Shown piece by piece: positions 11,470 to 22,059 of a DNA stretch of 27,388 nt. Numbering within the stretch: the first letter of the stretch is position 1; each line of letters opens with the position of its first letter. A model generated the notes under the pieces. It was not told the origin of the DNA and did not search any database. It saw only the letters and a list, made by a program, of their open reading frames with translations. The DNA is from Octopus sinensis (Eukaryota), in NCBI RefSeq assembly GCF_006345805.1, contig NW_021829658.1:1-27388 (forward strand), in the 5' to 3' direction. The position numbers and the translations under genes were made by a program.

Positions 11470-11896
11470 AGTAATGGTAACACAAAAGAATGAAAGAGAC
11501 CTCGATATTATGTAAATCGAGAAATGTTTCTTTAAATATAATATGTGACAATTATTCAGTAGCCATGATAAAACTCCGAGTTTCGAATGTCAGGGCGGAA
11601 ACCCACTCCGGCATCTCTTCAGTTATCTGGCTATCAAAAAATGCTATGAAAATGACCGTTAAACAAAGAAAATTACAATGTGATTGACCGTTATTAGACT
11701 TAACGATTATAGCAGCGATTCCATCTAAGAATACCTGAAGAACGAATTGTATTCCGAAATATCATGGGACAATAGGTAACGAAATTACAACAGGCATATA
11801 GTTCATCTTTCTTATATTATAGTGCATTGCTGTACCATTTAAAACTTTTTATTCTTTACAAACAATACACAATACTTCAGGAGAACTACAATACTT

Positions 11897-11900
<4 letters not shown>
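11470..11900 (-). mobile_element. Short hammerhead-bearing PLE-like or retrozyme-like element between two (TA)n tracts
   Basis: About 430 bp of non-microsatellite sequence bounded by (TA)n at 11380-11470 and 11901-11972; holds a complete hammerhead fold on minus and a second core on plus; no ORF of note. Confidence 0.6.
11560..11633 (-). ncRNA. Type I hammerhead ribozyme (apparently complete fold)
   Basis: RNA UAGCCAGAUAA CUGAAGA GAUGCCGGAGUGG GUUU CCGCCCUGACAUUC GAAA CUCGGAG UU UUAUC A UGGCUA. Stem I is 11 bp with one bulge; the CUGANGA and GAAA core is intact; stem II is long; stem III is short; GUU cleavage triplet, cut predicted between 11572 and 11571. Confidence 0.8.
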
Positions 11901-11974
<74 letters not shown>

Positions 11975-12324
11975 TAGTGATGTGTACCTACCCATATATA
12001 TATTCATAAAAATATGTGCGTGCGTGTTAGTATGTGTTTGAGACCATGGCATCCAAGTCGATATTTCTCAAGGTAAACCGATGTTCTCCGGTCTTATTTG
12101 AGTCCATTTATATCCTGTTACCAAGCGATCCTTTATTTAGAAATCGATGAATATCTATGCTCGATAAATAGGGACTGGCCTCCATTTAATTGACTCTCTT
12201 GTAAACCGCACCGTAGTAAAACCGCAATCCTATAACGGACCCCCCCCCCAAAAAAAAAAAACAACTGACTCAATTTTAGCCTCGAGGTCATCTACATTAA
12301 AAGTATTGGTCAGTCATTTCTTAG

Positions 12325-12400
12325 TTCACAGGTGCATTATTTCCTCGAGCCTGAAAGGATGCGAAATAAGGTTGAGCTGGTCTCAATTTGAACTTCAAGT
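12325..12400 (-). mobile_element. Old internal fragment of SINE family B
   Basis: ggtgcattatttcctcgagcctgaaaggatg...aatttgaactt aligns with ggtacttatttaatcgaccccgaaaggatg...aatttgaactc at about 20684-20746. Confidence 0.65.
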
Positions 12401-12428
12401 GCAATCATGTAAAATGTGTTTTCGATAT

Positions 12429-12834
12429 ACTCTTTACTCTTTACTCTTTTACTTGTTTCAGTCATTTGACTGCAGCCATGCTGGAGTGCCGCCTTTAATC
12501 GACCAAATCGATCCGAGGACTTATTTTTTGTAAGCCTAGTACTTATTCTATTGGTCACTTTTGCCGAACCGCTAAGTTACATGGACGTAAATACACCACC
12601 ATCGGTGGTCAGGCGATGTTGGGAGGGGGACAAGCACAGACATACAAACATATGCACGCACATGTATATATACATATATACGACGGGCTTCTTTCAATTT
12701 CCGTCTACCAAATCCACTCACAAAGCTTTGGTCCGTCCGAGGCTATAGTAGAAGACACTTACCCAAGGTGTTACGCAGTGGGAATGAACCCGGAACCATG
12801 CGGCTGGTAAGCAAGCTACTTACCACACAGCACG
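12429..12834 (-). mobile_element. Full-length SINE family A (tRNA head, CORE-like domain, internal microsatellite, 3' body)
   Basis: Minus: gctgtgtggtaagtagcttgc...gggttcattccc (B box)...caccttgggtaagtgtcttctactatagcc (resembles the MIR CORE ccttgggcaagt)...(gagtaaa)n tail. Confidence 0.92.
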
Positions 12835-12858
12835 ATTCTATCAAAACAACGCCTGTAA

Positions 12859-13078
12859 ATAATCCTTTCCAATATATAAAGGCACAAGGCCTGAAATTTT
12901 TGTGGAAGGGAAGATTCGATTCCATCGACCCCAGTACTTGACTGGTACTTATTTTATCGACACCGAAAGGAGAAAAAGTAAAGTCTACCATGGTTTAATT
13001 GGACCTGAGAATAAAAACACAGACGAAATAACATTAAGCATTTTGTCCGGCGTGCTAACATTTCTGCCAGCTTATCAC
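12859..13078 (-). mobile_element. SINE family B, full length
   Basis: Reverse complement aligns with 8072-8277, including the aaatttcaggccttgtgcc-type 3' end. Confidence 0.85.
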
Positions 13079-13184
13079 TTTTACCAAACGTATAATAATA
13101 ATGAAAAGATAAAAACAAAGTAAATGTTAATATTTATTAATAAATATGTATCCATATTATATATATGTATATATGTATATATAT

Positions 13185-13340
13185 ATGAAACTATAGCGAC
13201 TGAAGAAGGGTTTTTTTCTTTGTGTTAATTGTCCTGTACTCTATTTTTTTGTTGTTTTAAAAAAATGTCCAGTACCTTTGGTTTGTGTATATGTTTTCGT
13301 TTCTTATTGTGTTCGACGTCCTTTTGGTGTCCTGTACTCA
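13185..13340 (+). mobile_element. PLE-like terminal fragment
   Basis: GAAA...CTGAAGAaggg...tctttgtg...tgtcctgtactc layout resembles the minus-strand termini at 9550-9690, 11470-11580 and 26565-26700; flanked by TA tracts. Confidence 0.4.
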
Positions 13341-13924
13341 TATATGCGTGTATATGTACATGTAGAGGTAGGTACGTACATATATGTTTACATATATGCG
13401 TATGTTTTATTTTATTTATTAATATATATATATATATATATATAAAGCTTATTATGCTTATATATATATGTATGTATATACATATACATACACATACACA
13501 CATATATGTATGTATGTGTATGTATGTATTTACGTGTTTGATAGTCGGCACAAAGAACGTCTTTGTAGTCATTTTTCTCATTTATCATTTCAAACATTTT
13601 ACTTCATGTGTGGTCATACATCCGCAACATAAACACCTTTATAAGACTGTTTACATATGTAGTCGCAAGCAAACAAATGTATGTATGTATTTCCGAATAT
13701 ATGTATTCATGTCGGTGTATACCTCGGTACTCATATCTAAATTCATGCGTAAATGAATGTATGAATTCATCTTTGCAGCCATACACTCCTGTATTTTAAC
13801 CATATTATGTATATTATTATATGTATGTATATATGGAATCGTACGTTTATGATAAACCCTCCAGGTGGCTGTCTTGCTTTTATCTTGAATTGTTAAATTC
13901 TAATGAGGAAAGAAATAGCGTAGT

Positions 13925-14050
13925 ATGTATATTGTATTGTACATATTTGTATTGTATTGTATTTGTATTTGTATCGTATTTGTAGTTATATTTGTATTGT
14001 ATTATATTGTATTTGTATTGTACATACCGTATTGTATATATTTGTATAAC
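13925..14050. repeat. Degenerate (TATTG)n/(TATTTG)n repeat
   Basis: Directly visible. Confidence 0.85.
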
Positions 14051-15730
14051 CGAATGGAAGTTGGAATATAAAATGTCCATGTAATTTTGATATGATAGGT
14101 TGACACAGTGTAAAAACTTTGACTAATATTCTCTTAGTACCTCAGAAAAAACTTGGTTATCACATATTTTTAAGGAAAACGGTTGAGCGAGAGGCAGACT
14201 GACAGATACATAGGCAGAGACAGACAGATACAGAGAAAGGGGGAAAAGAGAGAGAGAGAGTGAAAGAGAGAGAGGAAGTCATGTGTATATAAGAATAAAG
14301 AAAGTGAAAGACTAAGAAAACTAGAAGCAATAAACAATAAAAAAAGCCTAAATGGTATAATTGTCCCGCTCGAGCGCATCCAGTCATGCATACATACATA
14401 CAAACATATTATCAACAGCACACACTCAATCTATATATTTTGCTTGTTCACCGGTTCACCTCCTAATAGCGCCTGGATAACGACACTCTCATATCATCGT
14501 GTGCTAAAACATCTGAAAGTCATAGACAGGCGAGATAGCTCACCTCTGCCCGAATTCACGAGTTATTCATACCGTTATTTTTCAATTTCTGTAGTTTGTC
14601 AACATCACGTACTTGAATCGAGCCGGGAAGGAATCGGATCGCCAGTCTATAACTACATGTAAATAGGGCAAAAACTATCCGTTGGCATGCTACGGCGATG
14701 TATACGTAAGATTAAATTCAATAACGAATTAAAAGCAGTGCTAATGTTGGAAGCATATGTGTTAATTTCTCAGTGATTTCAGTGCTCGCTCTTTCTGAAG
14801 ACTTGCCTATCCGCTAAAAGTTTAAAATTCGATGACTCAAACAAGGTTTCCACGTTCAGAAGGGAAGGTAGTTTGAGTATCTATGGCAGTACACAATGTC
14901 CTAATCTGGTATCTTATATGTGTAGTATTTGTCTGTTTTTCGGTTTAGGGCTGCATCTAAAAATTCGACCATGGTCAGGTTAGTGATAATTGTGACGCGT
15001 AAGCCGAATTATTTGAAGGTCTTTGCCAAGTCTTTCCTAAACTTAATGATGTATGGCCGTTCATATGGCTCAATGTTATCAGACTGTCAACCCTAACAGG
15101 GGCCAAACTATGTGGGGGGGGGGGTGCGCTTCTTCAGTGCATCCAAGTTAAATAACCCAACGATTCAGCGTCCGTGGCTCCGTCGTAACTCCCCATAGTT
15201 ATATCAAACAATGGATCGCCCTCTTTCTTCACCGACAGGAATCAACATGAATCAAGATTGACATTTTAGCGTTCATGATGGTTCTGTAATCGAGAGGGTT
15301 GATATTGGCGAATTGCCTACCAAAATTTAAACGATCATCAATTTCAGTATTGAAAGGTAGAAATCTACAATGCAGTCACTCATGGTGACTGGCTGGACAA
15401 CGTTAGTTGGAAAGGAGAGCTAGGAAGAAAGGGAGGTAATAAAGTATTGGTGATCCCAATATGCGTGTGTATATGTGAGAGTGTGTGTGTGTGCGTGTGG
15501 ATAGGGGCTGGTGACTTCGACGTGTGGGCGTGTGCGTGTGTGTGTATGTCTGTAATGTATGGGTGTGTGGATGATGGTATGAGTGCTGGAAAGTGGTCAG
15601 TGCTAGTGTGTGCGGGGGTGATGTGGTGTGTGTGTTGTGCTGTTATGGTGTGGGGATGCGAGGGTGGGGTTTGAGCTTCGCTTGAGGATATGGAGGTAGG
15701 GTGGGGTATGTGGGAGTGGGATGCATATAT

Positions 15731-16035
15731 GAATAAGGGTTAAGACCCCCTACCGATATGAATGCTCAAAGGCTTGCACCTAGAAAGTCAAAATCACAGC
15801 TCTGGGCAAGGTTGTAGAAGACCAGAGGTCCCTCATGCATAACGGCTTCCCTCACCACGCCACTGATGGTATCCAAAGCAAAGGCAAGGGACGATCCACC
15901 TTGGCACCAGTTACGTTGCAACTCATTTCTACAGCTGAGTAAATTGGAGGAATATGAAATAAAGTATCTTGCTCAAGAGCACAGCACATAGCCCAATCCG
16001 GGAATCGAACTTACTACCTCATATTTGTGAGACCT
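15731..16035 (-). mobile_element. tRNA-derived SINE family C
   Basis: B box GTTCGATTCCC on minus (16000-16010), followed by gtgctgtgctcttgagcaagatac and ctcagctgtagaaatgagt; the 3' body differs from the 4150-4500 copy. Confidence 0.8.
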
Positions 16036-16406
16036 TCACACGCACACACGCACACACACACACATACACACACTCTCTCTCACACACATACACAGACTCG
16101 CACGCACACGCACACACGCACAAACGCACGCACCCACTGATACGCACACACGCGCACATACACACACATATCTGGTTTGTGCGCACATGTACATGTCTGA
16201 CGCTTGCGCTTGCGTATACGTCTGGTGTGTGTGTGCACACGTGAGACTAGTGTGCTGATGCTTTGCACTTTACGCACGTGGTAGCGTTTTGACGGGAGTA
16301 ACCAGATTTATTGTTGGATTAATGTTTGGTATAGATGGGCGCCGTCAGATTGTAAAATGGAGCCTCACGATTCCATCAAACAGGTGACGGCTCAAGCAAT
16401 ATATAT

Positions 16407-16437
<31 letters not shown>

Positions 16438-17065
16438 ACTATATACACTCCTGTTACATGCATATACACCCATATACGTACGCAATCACTCTCATATATT
16501 TATTTGCGAGTGTCATCCAAAAATGCGTGTGGATATATTCGTGTGAGGTATTCTTACGTTCTTTTGTCACTTTATGTCATACAACATGGATAGAAAAAGA
16601 AAACAGAATACGCCAGAAGTACGAAATAGTGGTTGAGGAAGTAGTTCGACTATTTCTGTGCGTCGAGATGTTGTTCAGTAACCTGGAGTTACACCTCGTT
16701 GACAAGGCTCGGGTACTCTAGCACCCCGTGGAGAAGAATTGGCAATAAACCCAGCAAGATTCATGTTTACATGCATAAAAGTCTATATTTAACATGAACC
16801 AAGCACAAAGAAAAACAGTGAACACAAAGATATCAATAAAGAAAAAGTTGGAAGAAGAAAAATAAACAACTATGTGTGTGTGTGTGTGTGTGTGTGCGTG
16901 CGTGTGTACAGGTGTGTGGGTGCGTGTGTGGTGAAAAATATATGCGTACATAGAGACACACATATATATGTCATACACATAAATGCATACACACACAAAC
17001 ATACACACAAAACATATATATATAACATATATATCTATATCTATCTGTCTTATATATATATATAT

Positions 17066-17101
<36 letters not shown>

Positions 17102-17970
17102 AGAGAGAGAGGCTACACTCATACACTCACATGTAGACATCACACATACATACATTTACATACATACATACACTACATAATATATATATATAAACACGCG
17201 CAAACGCACATACATAAACACGCGTTCAAATATTAACACTTTCTTGGTACACATACATACATACATACAATATAACTAATACATGCATGTATACATACAT
17301 GCATATATACATACAAACATACATACATATATACAAACATCATATATAAATATATACAAACATACATACATACATTCGTATACACACATAGGTAAGTAAT
17401 CGGCAGAGTGAAGGGATGGAGAGTTTGTTTGAAGAATTGTAACCGGAGTAAGGCCGATAAAAGGGATTTTATAATAAGTATGTTCTGGTTGATAAACAAA
17501 TAAATAAAAGCAATATAGTAACTTAGGTGGCCGGGTGTTGGCGTGGGTAGGTGATTTTTATTACGGGTACCGATAGTATCCCCTTATAGTTAATTTCACT
17601 CATGCGTGACCATGTCTTTTATTTTCTATTCCAAGATAACCTGGGTAGTTATTGTTGGCAAACACAGAGAGAAAAAATAAATTAATAAGAGGGTCATGAG
17701 AGAAAAATCGTTTGCTCTTCCTGCGATTGTGCTTAGTGTGTGTTAGTTCTACGTTATTATGTGTATGCTACGCTTTTACATTTTTCAGTCGTCCTCTCTC
17801 ACGTTACCTGTCATACTCTCTCATTGTCTTTCTTCGAGTGTGTGTGTAGTTGCTTATGCGTGTGTGCGTATGGGTGCACACACACACATATATGCATATA
17901 AGCGGGTGTATCATATTTCTGTTTATAGAAGAGCTACGATCGATATATGATTTATATATACACACACACT

Positions 17971-18008
<38 letters not shown>

Positions 18009-18055
18009 TCTATATATATGTGTGTGTGTGTGTGTGTGTTGTCTATGCGTGCGTG

Positions 18056-18113
<58 letters not shown>

Positions 18114-18114
<1 letters not shown>

Positions 18115-18412
18115 TACATTATATAAAAGGCTTAGTAAAATAAATTACTTTGCCGCCATACTGAACTCATTAGAAATAGCAGCTAAAAAATTTTTAAAAA
18201 CTATTTCTAATACTAAAGAAAATCTCTCTCATATATAGTGTTGCTTAATTCAACTCACAAAAGTTTTGTGAGTTGAATTAAGCAAACACTATATAGAGAG
18301 AGATTTTCTTTAAGTATTAGAAATAGTTTAAAAAAATTTTTTTAGCTGCTATTCTAATGAGTTCAGTATGCGGCAAAGTAATTTATTTACTAAGCCCTTT
18401 TATATAATGTAA
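18114..18412. repeat. Near-perfect ~300-bp palindrome, centre at 18263
   Basis: Arms 18114-18262 and 18264-18412 are reverse complements around cacaaaa-g-ttttgtg; differences are almost all homopolymer-length indels. Confidence 0.95.
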
Positions 18413-18559
18413 TAATTTGAATTCGCCTTGAATGGTCCCTTTGCATACTGAACACTTGGTGAAATTGATTAATAATTAATAAATTTGCCCTCAATGTTGA
18501 AATTATATATATATATATATATACACATATATATATGTGTGTGTGTGTATAATGATATA

Positions 18560-18742
18560 ATATGACTGCGTTGGCAATTTTTTTTCCGTCTCCCCTCCTT
18601 GGATCTTCCTTTTCCTAATTTTCTGACGAAGAGCTCCGCTCGAAACGTTAAATCATCCTTCTTTCTTTCCTTTCCTGAGCGTCCACTAGCACTATACTTG
18701 TGTTTTCTCTTTGTGTTTTCATGTTTGGATTAACTTTATGTA
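18560..18742 (+). mobile_element. PLE-like terminal repeat with hammerhead core
   Basis: Contains ctgacgaagagctccgctcgaaacgtt, with the same architecture and downstream gagcgt as the 9265 and 19830 family; follows a TA/TG tract. Confidence 0.6.
18617..18655 (+). ncRNA. Minimal hammerhead-like motif
   Basis: UUUU CUGACGA A GAGC UCC GCUC GAAA CG UU AAAU. Core intact plus one extra A; 4-bp stem II; palindromic ACGU stem III; GUU triplet; 3-bp stem I. Confidence 0.6.
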
Positions 18743-19085
18743 GTCCGTCGCTTTTCTTGAGAACACAGGCTTCTTGGAAATGGCGATTTGATGTCTATGT
18801 TTAGCATATTAGGTGTCCACCCCTTAAATTTTTATGTAACGCAAATTTTAATTTTCCGATTTTTTAAATATGCTAAGCCAATGGTTTTAATTTATTAATA
18901 TCAATTTCTACCCGTATTATTTAATTTTAAATAACAAATATGTTCTTTTACCGGTAAATTGGCTGCTGAAATTTAATAACCGCACAGGAATTTCCGTCCT
19001 CAGCACCCCAAAGTGAAAACATTTGAAATATACACCCAAATATAATTTGTAGAACTTTATACATGCCCGATTTCGGTTGGGCGTT

Positions 19086-19116
19086 CTGTATCTAATTCTG
19101 GAAATTGTGTGTGTGT

Positions 19117-19164
<48 letters not shown>

Positions 19165-19169
19165 CGTGC

Positions 19170-19203
<34 letters not shown>

Positions 19204-19212
19204 GTGTGTGTG
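19086..19212. repeat. (GT)n alternating purine-pyrimidine tract
   Basis: Directly visible. Confidence 0.95.
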
Positions 19213-19234
19213 TATCTTCTACCCGTTTCACTCA

Positions 19235-19460
19235 TTAGACAGCGCCTATGCTGTGGCAACATTTTAAAGAATTTTATGTTATATTTTTCTTTTTCAAATA
19301 TGGTACTTATTGTTTCGGGTGTCTATATGCCGAACCATTAAATTACGGGGACATGAAGAAACGGATACCTGTTATCAAGTACTTTGTGGGAAAAATAAAC
19401 ACACACATAAGCACACACACACAGACACACACACACGCACACACATATACATATGTGTAT
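19235..19460 (-). mobile_element. Old 3' fragment of SINE family A
   Basis: ggtacttattgtttcgg...tgccgaaccattaaattacggggac aligns with the 12530-12600 region. Confidence 0.7.
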
Positions 19461-19470
19461 ATAAAGACGG

Positions 19471-19823
19471 ATGTGCGGCTGTGAATTAAGAAGCTTGCTT
19501 CCCGGCCACATGGTTCTGGGTTCAGTCCCATTGTGTGGCACCTTGAGCAATTGTATTCTAATTGCGAGTGAATTTGGGAGATGGAAATAGAAAGAAGCTC
19601 GCCTATATATAGATGTATGTGTTTGTGTCACCAGCATCGCTTGACAACCCATATGTGTGTGTTCACGTCACCAAAACTTAGCGATTCGGCAAAACAACCG
19701 ATAGAACATGTACTAGGCTTACAAAGAATAAAAGCTGAGGTCCATGTGTTCGACTAAAAGCGGTGCTCCAGCATGGCCACTGTCAAATGACAGAAGCAAG
19801 TAAAAAGAATAAGAGTATAAAAG
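19471..19823 (+). mobile_element. SINE family A, near full length with a deletion in the central domain
   Basis: cggctgtg...gggttcagtccc...ggcaccttgagcaa...catcgcttgacaacc...gcggtgctccagcatggcc...aagtaaaaag. Confidence 0.88.
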
Positions 19824-19829
19824 TATATG

Positions 19830-20012
19830 TATAGTGAGAATTTACCAAAAAATGAAAAGACGAAGACGGGTGTGTATTAGTTTAACGCTCGGGGGGAGAG
19901 AAAGGTTTTTACTTTTCGAGCCTATGTTCTTCGACAAAAAGGAATGCAGAAATAAACATAGAGAGAAAAAAAAAATATTGTAGTGTCGAGCGATCTATCA
20001 TGAGGACAACTC
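19830..20012 (-). mobile_element. PLE-like terminal repeat (second copy of the 9265 family), hammerhead core decayed
   Basis: Alignment with 9265-9405; minus strand reads UUGUCGA A GAAC AUAG GCUC GAAA AG UA AAAA at 19906-19941. Confidence 0.6.
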
Positions 20013-20014
20013 TT

Positions 20015-20325
20015 ATATATATATATATATATATACTATATAAAATATATATATATATATATATATATATAGATATATATATATATATATATTATATAAT
20101 ATAGATAGACTATATATATATGGAGTGTGTGTTTGTGTATATACATACATATATATATTTTTTTTTTCTTCTAGTTCAGCACAGAGCTGCGGCCATGCTG
20201 ATGCACCGCCGTTTTGTGCTACACTGTTATTACGACGAACCTCGTCTAATATGTGGCACTTGGTGAAGAATTGAGTTTGATACAGCTACTCTCTCTCTAT
20301 ATATATATACATATTATATATATGT

Positions 20326-20366
<41 letters not shown>

Positions 20367-20372
20367 TATACA

Positions 20373-20410
<38 letters not shown>

Positions 20411-20458
20411 ATATATATATCATATATATATATATCTATATTATATATATATATATAA

Positions 20459-20489
<31 letters not shown>

Positions 20490-20505
20490 GATATTATAAT
20501 TATAA
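20015..20505. repeat. Complex (TA)n field containing a short interspersed-repeat island at about 20160-20300
   Basis: TA tracts visible; the island shares gcggccatgctg..gcaccgcc with the reverse complement of the SINE A 3' end. Confidence 0.8.
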
Positions 20506-20547
20506 ATGAATGAATATTCAAACATTATTAATTTAGATATTATTATT

Positions 20548-21188
20548 AGAATTTGCACTCAAAACGCAATGCCAGACGAAATACCTATTTCTCTTTACTA
20601 CCCTCAAGGGGCTAAACATAGAGGGGACCAACAAGGACAAGCAAACGGATTAAGTCGATTATATCGACCCCAGTGCGTAGCTGGTACTTATTTAATCGAC
20701 CCCGAAAGGATGAAAGGCAAAGTCGACCTCGGCGGAATTTGAACTCAGAACGTAGCGGCAGACGAAGTTCATATTTCTTTACTACCCACAAGGGGCTAAA
20801 CACAGAGAGAATAAACAAGGACTGAGAAACGGTTTAAGTCGGTTATATCTACCGCAGTGCGTAACTGGTACTTATTTAATCGACACCGAAAAGATGAAAG
20901 GAAAAGTCGACCTTGGTGGAATTTGAACTCAGAACGTAAAGACAGAAGATATACCTATTTCTTTACTATCCGCCAGGGAATAAACACAGAGAGGAAAAAC
21001 AAGGACAGACAAACGGATTAAGTCAATTACATCGACTCCAGTGCGTAACTGGTATTTAATTTATCGACCCCGAAAGGATGAAAGGCAAAGTTTGACCTCG
21101 GCGGTATTTGAATTCAGAACGTAACGGCAGACGAAATACTACTGAGCATTTCACCCAGCGTACTAACGTGTCTACCAGCTCGCCACCT
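20548..21188 (-). mobile_element. SINE family B tandem array: one head, three ~185-bp body units and a partial fourth
   Basis: Unit junction motif gacgaa/gaagat at 20575, 20761, 20946 and 21130; tRNA-like head only at 21141-21188. Confidence 0.92.
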
Positions 21189-22059
21189 TAAACAACCAAT
21201 AAATTAAGAAAGTAATGCAACACACACACACCTGTTCTCGCGTGTGTTGGTATGTGTGTGTATATGCAAGTATTATTTGGATTGAGCTTCAGATCATATC
21301 CGTTACGATGAGTTGTGCTGAGATCATGGGAAACTTTAAATCCTATATTAAAACTTACCTCTCCTAGATATTAATACGCAACCATCTGGTGTCATTTATT
21401 AAAATAAAGTATTAAAAATTTTAAAACAGTTTTCTGTTATTTCGACAGATTGGTTTTTTTTTGGGTGTTTTTTTTCATTTGGAAAGACGATTTCATGCAT
21501 GCGAGGCAGTATCGTAGACTAGATATTTTATTGTGTGCTTAATCTGGTTGCCCAAATAAGTCACGATTTCCTTCTGCTAAATAAGGACCGATTCAAGAGA
21601 TAAATATTTATTTTTATGTGTTGCATTTATATATTTTGAATGCTTCAACATATTTGTAGACGTGTGTGATTTTCTTGTTTGTCTGAAAGATTAGTGTCCC
21701 CACTCAGTTCAAAGAAATATGTGTGTGCCAGTGGTTTGTGAGTTATTTCACTTCATCAACACAGAATAAATGCTAGGCTAGAGATGGTGACCTTAGATTC
21801 TTCTTCGAAATATATACTTTTCAAATTGACACACAGTCGCTGATTTCATAAATATAAAAAGAATTATTTCTAAATCTCTGTTCGAAAAATAAGGACGCAA
21901 ATAGTGCGTCGATAGCCAGCTGGAAACGATGTTTCTTCGGGCTAAATAACAGTTGCATTCGTCCTAATCAGAACTGCCACATTATGTTGGCAACTATCTT
22001 TACTCTAGAGTACTATCATTGAATTTTTCTCGTTCAGTGTCTTAGAATAATATATATAC

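Noticed and set aside
12042-12370. Apparent two-exon start MASKSIFLK / VHYFLEPERMRNK with Kozak-like accATGg
   Set aside because: The second exon lies in a decayed SINE B fragment; no independent support.
16458-16721. 87-aa ORF ending WIEKENRIRQKYEIVVEEVVRLFLC...
   Set aside because: No recognisable homology and no convincing splice sites.
17615-17650. Strong plus acceptor followed by a possible 9-nt micro-exon
   Set aside because: Weak donor (gtagtt); expected by chance in T-rich DNA.
18345-18470. ctaatgag...gcaaag as a hammerhead core
   Set aside because: Core mismatched and no stem II can be formed.
20548-21188. Regularly spaced repeats as a CRISPR array
   Set aside because: Eukaryotic context; the whole 185-bp unit repeats with no unique spacers and is SINE-derived.
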